Assembly: GCA_963662545.2 (NCBI GenBank)
Contig: CAXXLL010000003.1
Span: 1,248,001-1,312,000 of the forward strand
DNA: 64,000 bases
Direction of reading: 5' to 3'
Source: Gammaproteobacteria bacterium
GTDB lineage: Bacteria; Pseudomonadota; Gammaproteobacteria; Ga0077536
This document shows positions 20,588-30,329 of this stretch, piece by piece; positions within the stretch are counted from its first letter, which is position 1; every line of letters begins with the position of its first letter. Made by a program: the position numbers and the translations under genes. The notes beneath the pieces were generated by a model, which saw nothing but the letters and a program-made list of their open reading frames with translations, searched no databases and was not told the origin of the DNA.

Positions 20588-21133
20588 ATGCCGGTCACGC
20601 CCCTCCATCTCGGTCCGGCCATGGTGCTGAAGGCAGGCACCGGGAAAACCATGAGCCTGACGGTCTTCGCCTTCAGCCAGGTCGCGATGGACGTAGAGGT
20701 CCTGGTCCGGATCGCCATCGACGCCGATCGGCTGCACGGCTTTACTAACACGATTCTGGGCGCGAGCGTCGTCCTCTTCCCGGCCGTTCTCCTGGGCCGT
20801 CCGGTCTGCCGTGCGTTTCTCAGCTGGTGGAACCGTAATCTGAGTGCGAAACAAAGCGAGCTGCTGAGCGTCGATCCGGACATCTCCTGGCTCGCGGCCT
20901 GGTCCGGCGGGATATTCGGCGTGTATTCGCATTGGTTTCTGGATGCGATGATGCACGCCGACGCCCTTGCGGTATGGCCCATGGTACACGGCAACCCCTT
21001 CATCGACTGGCTATCGATAGGAGAGATCAATGGGTTGTGTCTGGTCTCGCTCGCTGTTGGTCTGTTCGCCCTGTGTGTTATGGCCGGCATCCGACGAATG
21101 CGAAACCAGATCGGTGTGTCGAACAAGAGGTAA
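20588..21133 (+). CDS. Putative membrane metal-dependent hydrolase
   Basis: MPVTPLHLGP, MDVE, LHG, SHWFLDAMMHAD. Confidence 0.7.
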   Translation: MPVTPLHLGPAMVLKAGTGKTMSLTVFAFSQVAMDVEVLVRIAIDADRLHGFTNTILGASVVLFPAVLLGRPVCRAFLSWWNRNLSAKQSELLSVDPDISWLAAWSGGIFGVYSHWFLDAMMHADALAVWPMVHGNPFIDWLSIGEINGLCLVSLAVGLFALCVMAGIRRMRNQIGVSNKR

Positions 21134-21138
21134 GCGAT

Positions 21139-21957
21139 ATGAATCAGGCCGACAAGGCGCAGGCCTTCCAGAATCTGCACGCGCGCGCGGGTGCGTTCGT
21201 CATGCCGAATCCTTGGGACGCGGGCTCGGCGCGGCTTTTGGCGGCGCTGGGGTTCGAGGCGCTCGCGACGACGAGCCTGGGTTTCGCCCATTCGCTCGGG
21301 CGCCTCGACGGCACGGTGACGCGCGAGGAAAAGCTCGCGCATTGCCGTGTGCTCTGCGAGGCGACGGACCTGCCGATCAGCGCGGATCTCGAAAACTGCT
21401 TCGCCGACGAACCCGTGGAGGCCGCGCAGACCATTCGACTGGCGGCGGAAGCCGGCCTCGTCGGGGGCTCGATTGAGGACTACACGGGCGATCCGTCGCG
21501 CCCGATCTACGACTTCGACCTGGCCGTCGAACGCGTGCGGGCCGCAGCCGAAGCGGCGCATGCGCTCGACTTTCCGTTCACGCTGACCGCACGGGCCGAG
21601 ACCTTACTGCGCGACCGGCGCGACCTCGACGAGACGATTCGCCGGCTCAAGGCCTACGAGGCCGCGGGCGCGGACGTGCTTTACGCCCCGGCGCTGGTCA
21701 CGCTCGAGGAAGTACGGGCGGTAACGGGGGCTGTCGACAAACCCGTCAATGTTCTCGCCCCCCCGCTCGAAGGCGTGACCGTCCGGCAGCTTGCGGAAGC
21801 GGGCACGCGACGGATCAGTATCGGCGGTGCGCTCGCGCGCGCGGCGATCACGGTTCTGCTTAATGCGGGGCGGGAAATGCGGGACGAGGGCAGTTTCTCG
21901 TGGAACGCCTACGCGGCGCCCGGCGGCGAAATCAACGATCTGCTCGGCGCGCGATGA
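21139..21957 (+). CDS. Isocitrate lyase/PEP mutase family protein
   Basis: MPNPWDAGSARL, LPISADLEN, GGSIED, AGADVLYAP. Confidence 0.92.
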   Translation: MNQADKAQAFQNLHARAGAFVMPNPWDAGSARLLAALGFEALATTSLGFAHSLGRLDGTVTREEKLAHCRVLCEATDLPISADLENCFADEPVEAAQTIRLAAEAGLVGGSIEDYTGDPSRPIYDFDLAVERVRAAAEAAHALDFPFTLTARAETLLRDRRDLDETIRRLKAYEAAGADVLYAPALVTLEEVRAVTGAVDKPVNVLAPPLEGVTVRQLAEAGTRRISIGGALARAAITVLLNAGREMRDEGSFSWNAYAAPGGEINDLLGAR

Positions 21958-21982
21958 GCCGCGCGATTCGGTATCCGCTCGC

Positions 21983-22462
21983 ATGACGGCCGCTGAGCCG
22001 ATGACCGGCCGCTGCACCTGCGGAGCCGTCCGCTACGCGCTCCATGCGCCACCGCTCATCGTGCACGCCTGCCACTGCCTGGACTGTCAACGGCTCACGG
22101 GCAGCGCCTTCGTCATCAATATCTGGATCGAACGGGCCGCGGTCGAGCTGACCGAAGGCGAGCCCTTGTCCTACCAGATGATCGGTCCCAGCGGTAATCC
22201 TCATGCCGTCTACTTCTGCAAGACCTGCGGCACCCAGCTTTGGAGCCGCTACGAGGATGCGCGCGGAGACACGCTGTTCGTACGCGCGGGCACGCTCGAG
22301 CACCCCGATGAAGTCACCCCGGACGTGCACATATTCACGCAAAGCAAACAATCTTGGCTTACACTTTCAGACGACACCTTGACCTTTGAAACGTTTTACA
22401 AGCTAGACGAAGTGTGGTCAGCAGAGAGCTTGCGTCGCTTACTACAGGTCGAATCGAAATAG
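21983..22462 (+). CDS. GFA (glutathione-dependent formaldehyde-activating) family protein
   Basis: GRCTCGAVRY, CHCLDCQR, FCKTCGT. Confidence 0.92.
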   Translation: MTAAEPMTGRCTCGAVRYALHAPPLIVHACHCLDCQRLTGSAFVINIWIERAAVELTEGEPLSYQMIGPSGNPHAVYFCKTCGTQLWSRYEDARGDTLFVRAGTLEHPDEVTPDVHIFTQSKQSWLTLSDDTLTFETFYKLDEVWSAESLRRLLQVESK

Positions 22463-22570
22463 CGATGGGACGGGAAATTGTTTGTCACGGTTTTCGTCAT
22501 TCGTCCACTCACGAATAAATGCGAACTCTTGAACAACGACCGGTAAACACCGTTAGTTAAGGAGAATACG

Positions 22571-22879
22571 ATGGCTGCATTCTGTTTTTTCGACGTCTAC
22601 GAAGTCACCGATCCCGACACCATGGACGAATATCGCGAAGGCGTCCTGGCCACGGTCAAGCAGTATGGCGGCAAGTACCGTGTCGCCGGCGGCGAATGCG
22701 AGCAGATCGAAGGAGACTGGTCGCCAAGCTTTCCCGTGCTGATCGAGTTCCCCAGCCTCGCCGAAGCGCACGCCTGGTATGATTCGGACGAATACGCGCC
22801 TCTGTTGAAATTACGATTGGCGGCGGCGGCGGCGCACGCGGTGTTCATGGGAACGGATTCGCATGATTTTGTTGAATAG
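22571..22879 (+). CDS. DUF1330 family protein
   Basis: YGGKYRVAGG, IEGDW, IEFPS..A.AWYDSDEY; AAGGAG RBS. Confidence 0.88.
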   Translation: MAAFCFFDVYEVTDPDTMDEYREGVLATVKQYGGKYRVAGGECEQIEGDWSPSFPVLIEFPSLAEAHAWYDSDEYAPLLKLRLAAAAAHAVFMGTDSHDFVE

Positions 22880-23139
22880 TCAGGGTGATTGAACTGGAGG
22901 GCTGGTTGGGAGACGTCGAATTGCGATTCTCCACGCCGATGGTGCCAGCGCCCCCCAAGATGGTCGAGCGGATGCGCGCGCGAGAAAAAGGACGCCGGGC
23001 GTTCCGCGCGAGGCCCGAGCGCCCTCCCGCACCTTGCCGAACGGATTGAAGACGCGTACCTTCCGCTTCCGTCCGGTCCAGTGCCCGTCATCCCGCGGTA
23101 TCGATATCCGGCAGCTACAAAAAAGAACAGGAGGCGTCA

Positions 23140-24180
23140 ATGAACCCACGATTTGGAATCTTATGGCCGTTCCGCAACCCCGAATTCAACCGTGTGCGAT
23201 GGGAAGACCTGTATCGGACACATCTCGACTTGATCGTCGATTCCGAAGCGATGGGTTACGACAACGCCTGGCTTACCGAGCATCATTTCGTCGATGACGG
23301 CTACTCGCCGTCGCTGCTGCCGATCGCGGCGGCGGTCGCGGCCCGCACGTCCCGGATCCGTATAGGGACCTTCCTGATCTTGCTGCCGCTGCACAACCCA
23401 ATACGGATCGCCGAAGATACCGCCACGGTCGATCTGATATCAGGCGGCCGCTTCGATCTCGGCGTCGGCCTGGGATACCGGCGCAAAGAGTTCGCCGACC
23501 AGGGCATTTCACACACCGAGCGCGGCGCGCGCCTAAGAGAAGGCATCGAACTGATCCAGCGTCTGCTAAGTGACGAAGAAGTGAGCTTCGAAGGCAAGTT
23601 CAACCACTTGAAGGAGATCCGCATCGTGCCGCCCGCACTACAACGGCCGCACCCGCCAATCTGGCTCGGCGCACTCGCCGAAAAAGTGATCGAGCGCGCC
23701 GCCAAGATGGGCTTTCATTTTCAGGTGGTCGGCCCGCCGTCGATGGTCGAGCATTATGACGCCTGCCTCGTCGCCGCCGGCCGCAACCCGCAGGAATACA
23801 ACACCGCTCAGCTGCGCTGGCTGCACGTCGCGCAAAGCCGTGCGCAGGCCTGGGAAACCGCGGCGCAGTCGCTGCACTACACGGCGAGCTGTTATGCCAA
23901 GTGGTTCGCGGAGGCGAACGACAAGCCCGGCGACGACCAGGCCACTGTGGGCATGCCGAGCGTCGATGAGATCATCGCCAAGCAGGAGTTTGACGTCTTC
24001 GGCGAGCAAGCCATCGTCGGTACGCCCGAGGATGCGCGGGAAATGATTGCCGACTACATCTCGCGCGGCCGCGTGACCCATATGGTCCTGGGCATGGCCT
24101 TGTCCGGCCTCGCGCCGCATCACATCCGCTCCAGCATGGAGATGTTCGCGAAGGACGTGATCCCGGCGTTCAGAAAGTAG
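23140..24180 (+). CDS. Luciferase-like (LLM) flavin-dependent oxidoreductase
   Basis: WLTEHHF..DGYSPS, RTSRIRIGT, PLHNPIRIAED, QRPHPPIW. Confidence 0.92.
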   Translation: MNPRFGILWPFRNPEFNRVRWEDLYRTHLDLIVDSEAMGYDNAWLTEHHFVDDGYSPSLLPIAAAVAARTSRIRIGTFLILLPLHNPIRIAEDTATVDLISGGRFDLGVGLGYRRKEFADQGISHTERGARLREGIELIQRLLSDEEVSFEGKFNHLKEIRIVPPALQRPHPPIWLGALAEKVIERAAKMGFHFQVVGPPSMVEHYDACLVAAGRNPQEYNTAQLRWLHVAQSRAQAWETAAQSLHYTASCYAKWFAEANDKPGDDQATVGMPSVDEIIAKQEFDVFGEQAIVGTPEDAREMIADYISRGRVTHMVLGMALSGLAPHHIRSSMEMFAKDVIPAFRK

Positions 24181-24198
24181 CGCCCTGACAGCACCGGA

Positions 24199-24642
24199 GT
24201 GAACCCCTCCGTCCGCCTGTTCGCCACCGTCCTCGGCTATGCGGGACTGCTGCCTTTCCTCGCGGCCACGGCTGCGATTTTTTCGAGCGACCCCACGGTC
24301 AGCGGCCCCGGTCTTTATGCGCTGACGGTCTATGCTGCCGTCTTACTGTCTTTCATGGGGGCGGTGCATTGGGGCCTTGCAATGCAAAGCGATCACACCG
24401 TAGCGCGGTGGCAGCTCGCCGCGAGTGTCGTGCCATTGCTCGCAGCCGGCTTGTTGGTAGTCGTCCTACCGCCGCCGAGCGCCTTGATCGGACTCGGGGT
24501 GGCATTCCTCGTGCTGCTAGGCGCCGATCTCTTGGCGGTTCGACAGGGTCTGGCGCCTGGCTGGTATGTGCGGCTGCGCGTACCCCTGACCGTGCTGAGC
24601 TGCGTGGCGTTGTGGACAGCCGCCTGGGAACTCAGCCACTAG
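24199..24642 (+). CDS. DUF3429 membrane protein
   Basis: LGYAGLLPF, LSFMGAVHWG, PGWYVRLR.PLT. Confidence 0.88.
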   Translation: MNPSVRLFATVLGYAGLLPFLAATAAIFSSDPTVSGPGLYALTVYAAVLLSFMGAVHWGLAMQSDHTVARWQLAASVVPLLAAGLLVVVLPPPSALIGLGVAFLVLLGADLLAVRQGLAPGWYVRLRVPLTVLSCVALWTAAWELSH

Positions 24643-24709
24643 CCAACACGACAATCCGCGACTCTCCAAAGCGCCCTTGCTGGCGAGCGCGGTCGTATAT
24701 CATGGCGTG

Positions 24710-25114
24710 ATGACCGTCGGCCGGGACAAGAACGACCCCTGTATCTTCTGTGAGCCGGAAAGACCCATACTTGCAGAGAGCGAGCTCGCACTCGCTTTTC
24801 TCGACTCCTTCCCGATCTCCAAGGGCCATGCCCTGGTCGTGCCGCGCCGTCACGTCCGCACGATGTTCGACACCGACGCCGACGAGTACGCGGCGTGTTT
24901 CGGACTCGCACGCGAGGTCTGCGAACTGCTGCAGGCCGCGCACGCGCCAGACGGCTTCAACATCGGCGTCAACTGTGAGGAGGCGGGCGGCCAGTCGGTC
25001 TGGCATGCCCACATTCACGTTATTCCACGTTATACGGGCGACGTCGAAAACCCGCTCGGCGGCGTCAGAAATGTGATTCCGCACAAGGATTCAAATCCAA
25101 ACCCTGTCTGTTAA
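24710..25114 (+). CDS. HIT family hydrolase
   Basis: CIFC, GHALVVPRRH, GFNIGVN, GQSVWHAHIHVIPR. Confidence 0.93.
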   Translation: MTVGRDKNDPCIFCEPERPILAESELALAFLDSFPISKGHALVVPRRHVRTMFDTDADEYAACFGLAREVCELLQAAHAPDGFNIGVNCEEAGGQSVWHAHIHVIPRYTGDVENPLGGVRNVIPHKDSNPNPVC

Positions 25115-25276
25115 GGAACCTCTGAATAAGTCATGGTGCGTGTGAATGGTTCATGAAATCGTGCAGAGCAAGGCACGAATCGCAGGTAATAGCGGGGACT
25201 ATTGGCAAGATTTGTAACGCAGCGCTGCGCGATTTCTGGCGCCAGGCACGTGTGCCATGACTTATTCAGAGGTTCC
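25115..25276. mobile_element. IS5-type MITE (162 bp), copy 1
   Basis: TIRs GGAACCTCTGAATAAGTCATGG / CCATGACTTATTCAGAGGTTCC; TTAA direct repeat; second copy at 47268-47429. Confidence 0.88.
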
Positions 25277-25316
25277 TTAACCCTGATCGAAGTGCGATAC
25301 GACGCGAGGAGGCTTC

Positions 25317-26042
25317 ATGATCGATCTCCACTACTGGCCCACGCCGAACGGCAAGAAGGTGACCATTCTGCTCGAAGAATGCGGCGTGGCTTACAAGATG
25401 ATTCCCTGCAATATCGCCACTGGCGATCAGTTTTCCGACGAATTTCTCAAGATCGGTCCCAACAACCGCATGCCGGCCATGATCGATCATGAACCGCTAG
25501 ATGGGGGGCAACCGATATCAGTCTTCGAGTCGGGCGCGATGATGATGTACATCGCCGAGAAGACCGGTATGTTCTGGCCACAGGAACTGCGCCCGCGCTA
25601 CGACGTTACCCAATGGATCATGTGGCAGATGGCGAACCAGGGACCGAAGACCGGCGAATGCGGCCACTTTCGCCGCCTGGAAGATCGCGAGGGCGATCAG
25701 AGTTATGCCGTGACGCGATTCACCGACGAGGTCAACCGGCTCTACGGTGTTATCAACAACCGTCTCTACGAAAGTCCCTACCTTGCCGGCGACGAATACA
25801 CCATCGCCGACATGATCACCTATCCCTGGACGGTCGGCTGGGAAGCCCAGGGGCAGGACATCAACGACTTCAAATACTTCAAACGCTGGTTCGAGGAACT
25901 CGGCGAGCGGCCCGCCCTGCAACGCGGCATGGCAGTCGGCAGCGATCTCAGCATGGGGCTGGACAAGATGTCCGAAGAGGAGCTCGCCGCGCTTCGGAAG
26001 CTGCTTTACAACCAGCGCGCGCGGCCGGTGATGGAGCACTGA
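25317..26042 (+). CDS. Glutathione S-transferase (YfcG/YghU-like disulfide oxidoreductase)
   Basis: MIDLHYWPTPNGKK, PNNRMPA, FESGA, YTIADM. Confidence 0.92.
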   Translation: MIDLHYWPTPNGKKVTILLEECGVAYKMIPCNIATGDQFSDEFLKIGPNNRMPAMIDHEPLDGGQPISVFESGAMMMYIAEKTGMFWPQELRPRYDVTQWIMWQMANQGPKTGECGHFRRLEDREGDQSYAVTRFTDEVNRLYGVINNRLYESPYLAGDEYTIADMITYPWTVGWEAQGQDINDFKYFKRWFEELGERPALQRGMAVGSDLSMGLDKMSEEELAALRKLLYNQRARPVMEH

Positions 26043-26092
26043 CCGGGGGGATCCGTTCGCGCGTAAATAGGCATAGGATCAGATATTCGTTG

Positions 26093-26160
26093 CCTGCCAT
26101 CCCTGCCGGTACTCAACGATCTTCGCTTGACCCCAGTCCGTACATCCTTGTGCGGGCGCA
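26093..26160 (+). repeat. Partial copy of the double-hairpin repeat
   Basis: CCTGCCATCCCTGCCGGTACTCAACGATCTTCGCTTGACCCCAGTCCGTACATCCTTGTGCGGGCGC matches the starts of the 5723 and 51276 copies. Confidence 0.7.
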
Positions 26161-26245
26161 CGCTTGTTTTCGAAGGCGACAACTGCTGGAATGGTCTGTC
26201 CTGGTTAAAACCAGAGGATCACCTACAACAGGAGGCATCACTAAA

Positions 26246-26626
26246 ATGCTCGACTACACGGAACTCAAAGACAGGGGCGGCCTCGAGCCCTGGCCGCCGA
26301 TGGCTGAACTCGATTTCATCAAGGTACTGGACGGCGATCCGGTCCACTCCGGCCGTTTCGACGTCGGCGGGTTCGGCAAGCGCACGATGGCGGGTGTTTG
26401 GGAATGCACGCCCGGCCGTTTCGAATACACCTATCCCGGCGACGAGATCTGCACTCTGCTTGAAGGCAGGATCCAGCTCGTCTGTGAAGACGGCAAGACC
26501 CATGACTACAAAGCGGGGGACACGTTTTATACCCGCAAGGGCGAAGTCGCGACGTGGACCGTGATCGAAACAATACGCAAGATCTTCCACATTCACGATC
26601 CGGACTCCAACGACCTCGCACATTGA
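26246..26626 (+). CDS. Cupin domain protein (EutQ/DUF861-like)
   Basis: GVWECTPGRF, DEICTLLEG, AGDTF; GGAGG RBS. Confidence 0.88.
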   Translation: MLDYTELKDRGGLEPWPPMAELDFIKVLDGDPVHSGRFDVGGFGKRTMAGVWECTPGRFEYTYPGDEICTLLEGRIQLVCEDGKTHDYKAGDTFYTRKGEVATWTVIETIRKIFHIHDPDSNDLAH

Positions 26627-26723
26627 TCGATCCCGCGCGCCGCGGATGATCGCGGCGCGCAGATCTCGCTGTTCGCCGAAGACGGGCCGAGATACAGGGC
26701 GGCCTCGGCGGAGGAGATAGCCT

Positions 26724-29111
26724 ATGGCGAAAGCGAAAGTCACCGAGCGTATGCAGGGCTATTGTGCGCTGTGCTGGTCGAGCTGCGGGTGTATCTCGGT
26801 CATCGAGGACGGACGTTTGACCGCGATCGAACCCGATCCGTCTCACCCGACCGGCAAGGCGCTCTGCGGTAAGGGCCTGGCGGCGCCGGAGCTGGTGTAC
26901 AGCGAGGACCGCGTGCTCTATCCGCTGAAGCGCACGCGCCCGAAAGGCGCGTCCGATCCGGGTTGGGAGCGGATCAGCTGGGACGAAGCGCTCGACACCA
27001 CCGTGTCGAATTTGAAGCGCATCGCAGAGGCATCCGGCGTGGAGTCGGTCGCGTTCAGCATCACCACCACTGCCGGCACCGCGATGCAAGATGGTTATCC
27101 CTGGGTCGAACGCCTGCGTCAGGCCTTCGGTACTCCGAATGCGCTCGCCTCTATCGAGATCTGCAATTTTGCGAAAGACTTCATCTACCCGCATACCTTT
27201 GGCGTCGGGCTGCCGATGTCGGATCTTGAAAATAGCGATTGCATCATCCTGTGGGGACACAACCCGGGGACGAGCTGGCTAGCACACGGTACCCGTGTGG
27301 CGGACGCCCGCGCGCGTGGCGCGAAACTCATCGTGATGGATCCCGTGCGCGTCGGCTTCGCCGTCAAGGCGGATCAATGGCTGCGCGTGCGCCCGGGCTC
27401 GGATGGTGCGCTGGCACTCAGCCTGGCGGGCATCATGATCGACGAAGAGCTGTTCGACCGCACTTTCGTGCGCGACTGGACCAACGGACCGTTCCTGATC
27501 CGCGAGGACGACGGCCGGTTCCTGAGCGCAGCCGATCTGAGCGTCGGCGGTGATCCCAATGCACGCGTGGCCTTCGATGAAAAGGCCGGCAGTGTGGTCC
27601 ACTACGACCCGTCGGCGGGCCGCTACGAACGCGGCGACATCGAGCCAGCGCTCTTCGGGCGCCGTGACATACCGGCCGCCGACGGCGTGATTCCCTGTCG
27701 CCCGGCTTTCGATCGCTATGCCGAACTCTGCCGCCGTTACCCGCCGGAGCGCGCCGCGGATATAAGCTGGGTGCCAGCAGATCAGATCCGCGAGACGGCA
27801 CGCTTGATCGGTGCCTCGCAGGCAGTGTGCTGTTATGCCTGGGCAGGGCTCGAACAGCATACGAACACGAGCCAGACCAACCGCGCTGTCGCCTGCCTCT
27901 ATGCCTTGACCGGCCACTTCGACGCTCCGGGCGGCAACGTCATCTACGAAAGAGTACCGACGCAGAACGTCGCGGGCTCCGACCTCATGCCCGCCGGTCG
28001 GCTCGATAAGTCCCTGGGCCGCGAAAAGCGTTCGCTCGGACCCGAAAGCGTCAACGGCTGGGTCTCCAGCAACTCTTTATACGACGCTGTGCTCGATCGC
28101 AAACCATACGGCGTCGACGCGCTCGTCAGCTTCGGTATGAACGTGCTGCTGACCCACACCGACGGCGCTCGCGGCGCGCAAGCATTGGACGCGCTCGACT
28201 TCATGGTGCACGCCGATCTCTTTATGACGCCGACGGCGTCACATGCCGACATCGTGCTGCCGGTCAACACGCCGTGGGAGCGCGAGGGGCTCAAGACCGA
28301 TTTCCTGGTCGATCAACGGGCCGCCGGCTTCGTCCAATTCCGGGGGCAGATGGTCGAATCCCAGGGTGAATCCCGCTCCGACGCCTGGATCGCTTTCGAA
28401 CTCGCCAAACGGCTGGGTTTCGGCGAGTCGTTCTGGGACGGCGACCTCGACGCGGGCTATCGCGAGATCCTCGCGCCGAGCGGACTCGACCTCGACGACC
28501 TGCGCGCGCATCCCGAAGGGATCGAAGTTCCGCTCGAGACGCGCTACCGGAAATATGCCGGGAACGGCGGGACAGCCCCCGGTTTCGCGACGCCGAGCAA
28601 AAAGGTCGAGATCTATTCCGAGACCTTGCTCAATCACGGCTACGCGCCGCTACCCGAATATGTCGAGCCCGCGATGAGCCCCGTGTCCCGCCCGGATTTG
28701 CTCGACGACTTCCCGCTGGTACTGACGACCAACAAATCGCCCCACTACCTGCACAGCCAGTTCCGCGCGCTGCCCGCGGTACGGCGCCACGAGCGCGAAC
28801 CGCGGGTGGAATTGCATCCGGACGCCGCTGCGGAACGCGATATCGTCGACGGTGACTGGGTCGCTTTGATCACGCCCCACGGCCGCGCCCGCGCGAAAGC
28901 ACGGCTCGCGAAGAACCTGGATCCGCGCGTTGTGAAAGCGACCCACGGCTGGTGGCAGCGCTGCGTCGCACTGGACCTCGCGGGCTACGACGCGCACAGC
29001 GACGACGGCGCTAATGTAAACCGCCTCATGAACGACGACGAGGTCGATCCGATCGGCGGCTGCGAACCACTCAAGTCCTACCTCTGCCAGATCGCCCGCC
29101 TGCCGAACTAA
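26724..29111 (+). CDS. Molybdopterin (Mo/W-bisPGD) oxidoreductase, acetylene-hydratase-like clade
   Basis: CxxCxxxC...C 4Fe-4S motif, WERISWDEALD, WGHNP, HSQFR, C-terminal dinucleotide-binding domain. Confidence 0.9.
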   Translation: MAKAKVTERMQGYCALCWSSCGCISVIEDGRLTAIEPDPSHPTGKALCGKGLAAPELVYSEDRVLYPLKRTRPKGASDPGWERISWDEALDTTVSNLKRIAEASGVESVAFSITTTAGTAMQDGYPWVERLRQAFGTPNALASIEICNFAKDFIYPHTFGVGLPMSDLENSDCIILWGHNPGTSWLAHGTRVADARARGAKLIVMDPVRVGFAVKADQWLRVRPGSDGALALSLAGIMIDEELFDRTFVRDWTNGPFLIREDDGRFLSAADLSVGGDPNARVAFDEKAGSVVHYDPSAGRYERGDIEPALFGRRDIPAADGVIPCRPAFDRYAELCRRYPPERAADISWVPADQIRETARLIGASQAVCCYAWAGLEQHTNTSQTNRAVACLYALTGHFDAPGGNVIYERVPTQNVAGSDLMPAGRLDKSLGREKRSLGPESVNGWVSSNSLYDAVLDRKPYGVDALVSFGMNVLLTHTDGARGAQALDALDFMVHADLFMTPTASHADIVLPVNTPWEREGLKTDFLVDQRAAGFVQFRGQMVESQGESRSDAWIAFELAKRLGFGESFWDGDLDAGYREILAPSGLDLDDLRAHPEGIEVPLETRYRKYAGNGGTAPGFATPSKKVEIYSETLLNHGYAPLPEYVEPAMSPVSRPDLLDDFPLVLTTNKSPHYLHSQFRALPAVRRHEREPRVELHPDAAAERDIVDGDWVALITPHGRARAKARLAKNLDPRVVKATHGWWQRCVALDLAGYDAHSDDGANVNRLMNDDEVDPIGGCEPLKSYLCQIARLPN

Positions 29112-29149
29112 GGGCGCGCGGCTCTTCCCCGAGCCGCGCGCCGCTGCAA

Positions 29150-29515
29150 TCACATGTTGAAGAAGACCAGCTTGTTGCCGTCCGGATCGCGGAAGTAGCC
29201 GCCATAGAACGTCCCCGCACGCACCCCCGGCTCGCCTTCGTCGGTCGCGCCCAGCGACATGGCTTTCGCGTAGAGTAGGTCGACCTTGTCGTTGCTGCCG
29301 GCGTGCAGCGCGACCATGTTGCCGTTGCCCGCTACCGCCGGATTCCCGTCGGCGGGCTTGATGATCATGAGCATGGTCGCACCTTCGCCATCCGACCAGG
29401 CAACCAGGCGATCCATTTCCATCGCGCGCTTGGCGCCCATCTCGGCGAGAAGCGCATCGTAGAATTTCGCGGCGCGATCGATGTCGTTGGTGCCTATAGT
29501 GACGTATCCGATCAT
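29150..29515 (-). CDS. VOC family protein
   Basis: MIGYVTIGTND, GNGNMVAL, YFRDPDGNKL. Confidence 0.92.
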   Translation of the reverse strand: MIGYVTIGTNDIDRAAKFYDALLAEMGAKRAMEMDRLVAWSDGEGATMLMIIKPADGNPAVAGNGNMVALHAGSNDKVDLLYAKAMSLGATDEGEPGVRAGTFYGGYFRDPDGNKLVFFNM

Positions 29516-29619
29516 GTCTTTCTCCTTTTCCGTTGTTCTTGGGCTTCGGCGTGACCAGATATTACCCGAGATCGGGCCGAGGAAGCCGGTCCGAGATGGT
29601 CCCGGCGGAGAGGCGGCGA

Positions 29620-29790
29620 TGCAACAATGTGTAAAAACTTGAACTCGATCTTATAGACTGACGCCTTGGATTCGACGTGGTCTGACAAGTGCCTTCGCAT
29701 ACGCAATGCACTTTGCAATCGCGCTTCACTAGACCACGGTCCGCTATACACCGGTAAGCAGCCACGCTTTGCGGCATCGCAGAAGGCGGC
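29620..29790 (-). repeat. Unrecognised dispersed repeat (copy 2 of 3)
   Basis: Reverse complement aligns with 15930-16085 (e.g. GATTGCAAAGTGC, core TCTATAAGATCGAGTTCAAGTTTTTACA). Confidence 0.7.
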
Positions 29791-29798
29791 TAACGACC

Positions 29799-30009
29799 CA
29801 GACTGTGTGAAAACTCAAAAATACGACGACGAAATAAAAATATTCCCCACTTTGAGAGGTGGCGCATGATATGGAACTTGTCATAGATGATCCGCGCCTG
29901 CGGTGCGTTGTTCATGACCCCTCGAATAGGGATCGGCATTTCAATTAGATCCAATTTCGAGGGTAGTTCCCCCACTTTTGAAAAATGAAAATAGTTTTCA
30001 CACAGTCTG
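29799..30009. mobile_element. IS1182-type MITE (211 bp) with a different internal segment
   Basis: Same arms as 10087-10246; GACC direct repeats (= GGTC on the other strand); 67-bp internal segment in place of 16 bp. Confidence 0.85.
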
Positions 30010-30104
30010 GACCCATTGCGCATTTCAATTAGATCCAATTTCGAGGGTAGTTCCCCCACTTTTGAAAAATGAAAATAGTTTTCACACAGTCTGGACCCAT
30101 TGCG
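29937..30104. repeat. Perfect 84-bp tandem duplication of the MITE right end plus flank
   Basis: 29937-30020 is identical to 30021-30104. Confidence 0.9.
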
Positions 30105-30314
30105 GTCGCTCGTTCATATTTCTTGGAACGTGTTTTGACCCTCGCCCGTCTTCAAGAATCGACGTGACAAGCTACTTGAAGATGTAAAGAATCCTAGAAA
30201 ATCGGGGGTTTTGAAGGGGTGAAATTCTTATAAATTTTACAAACCCCGGTAGTTTTGCCGCGCCGTTTTTGAGCGTATGTCGTAAGGCTCTGTAATTGAA
30301 AGATATTATTTTGC

Positions 30315-30329
30315 TGGCATAAATCATGC
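30315..30329 (+). promoter_or_regulatory. Putative sigma54 -24/-12 promoter
   Basis: TGGCATAAATCATGC has GG-N10-GC spacing, in an AT-rich tract about 65 bp before the ATG at 30394. Confidence 0.6.
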
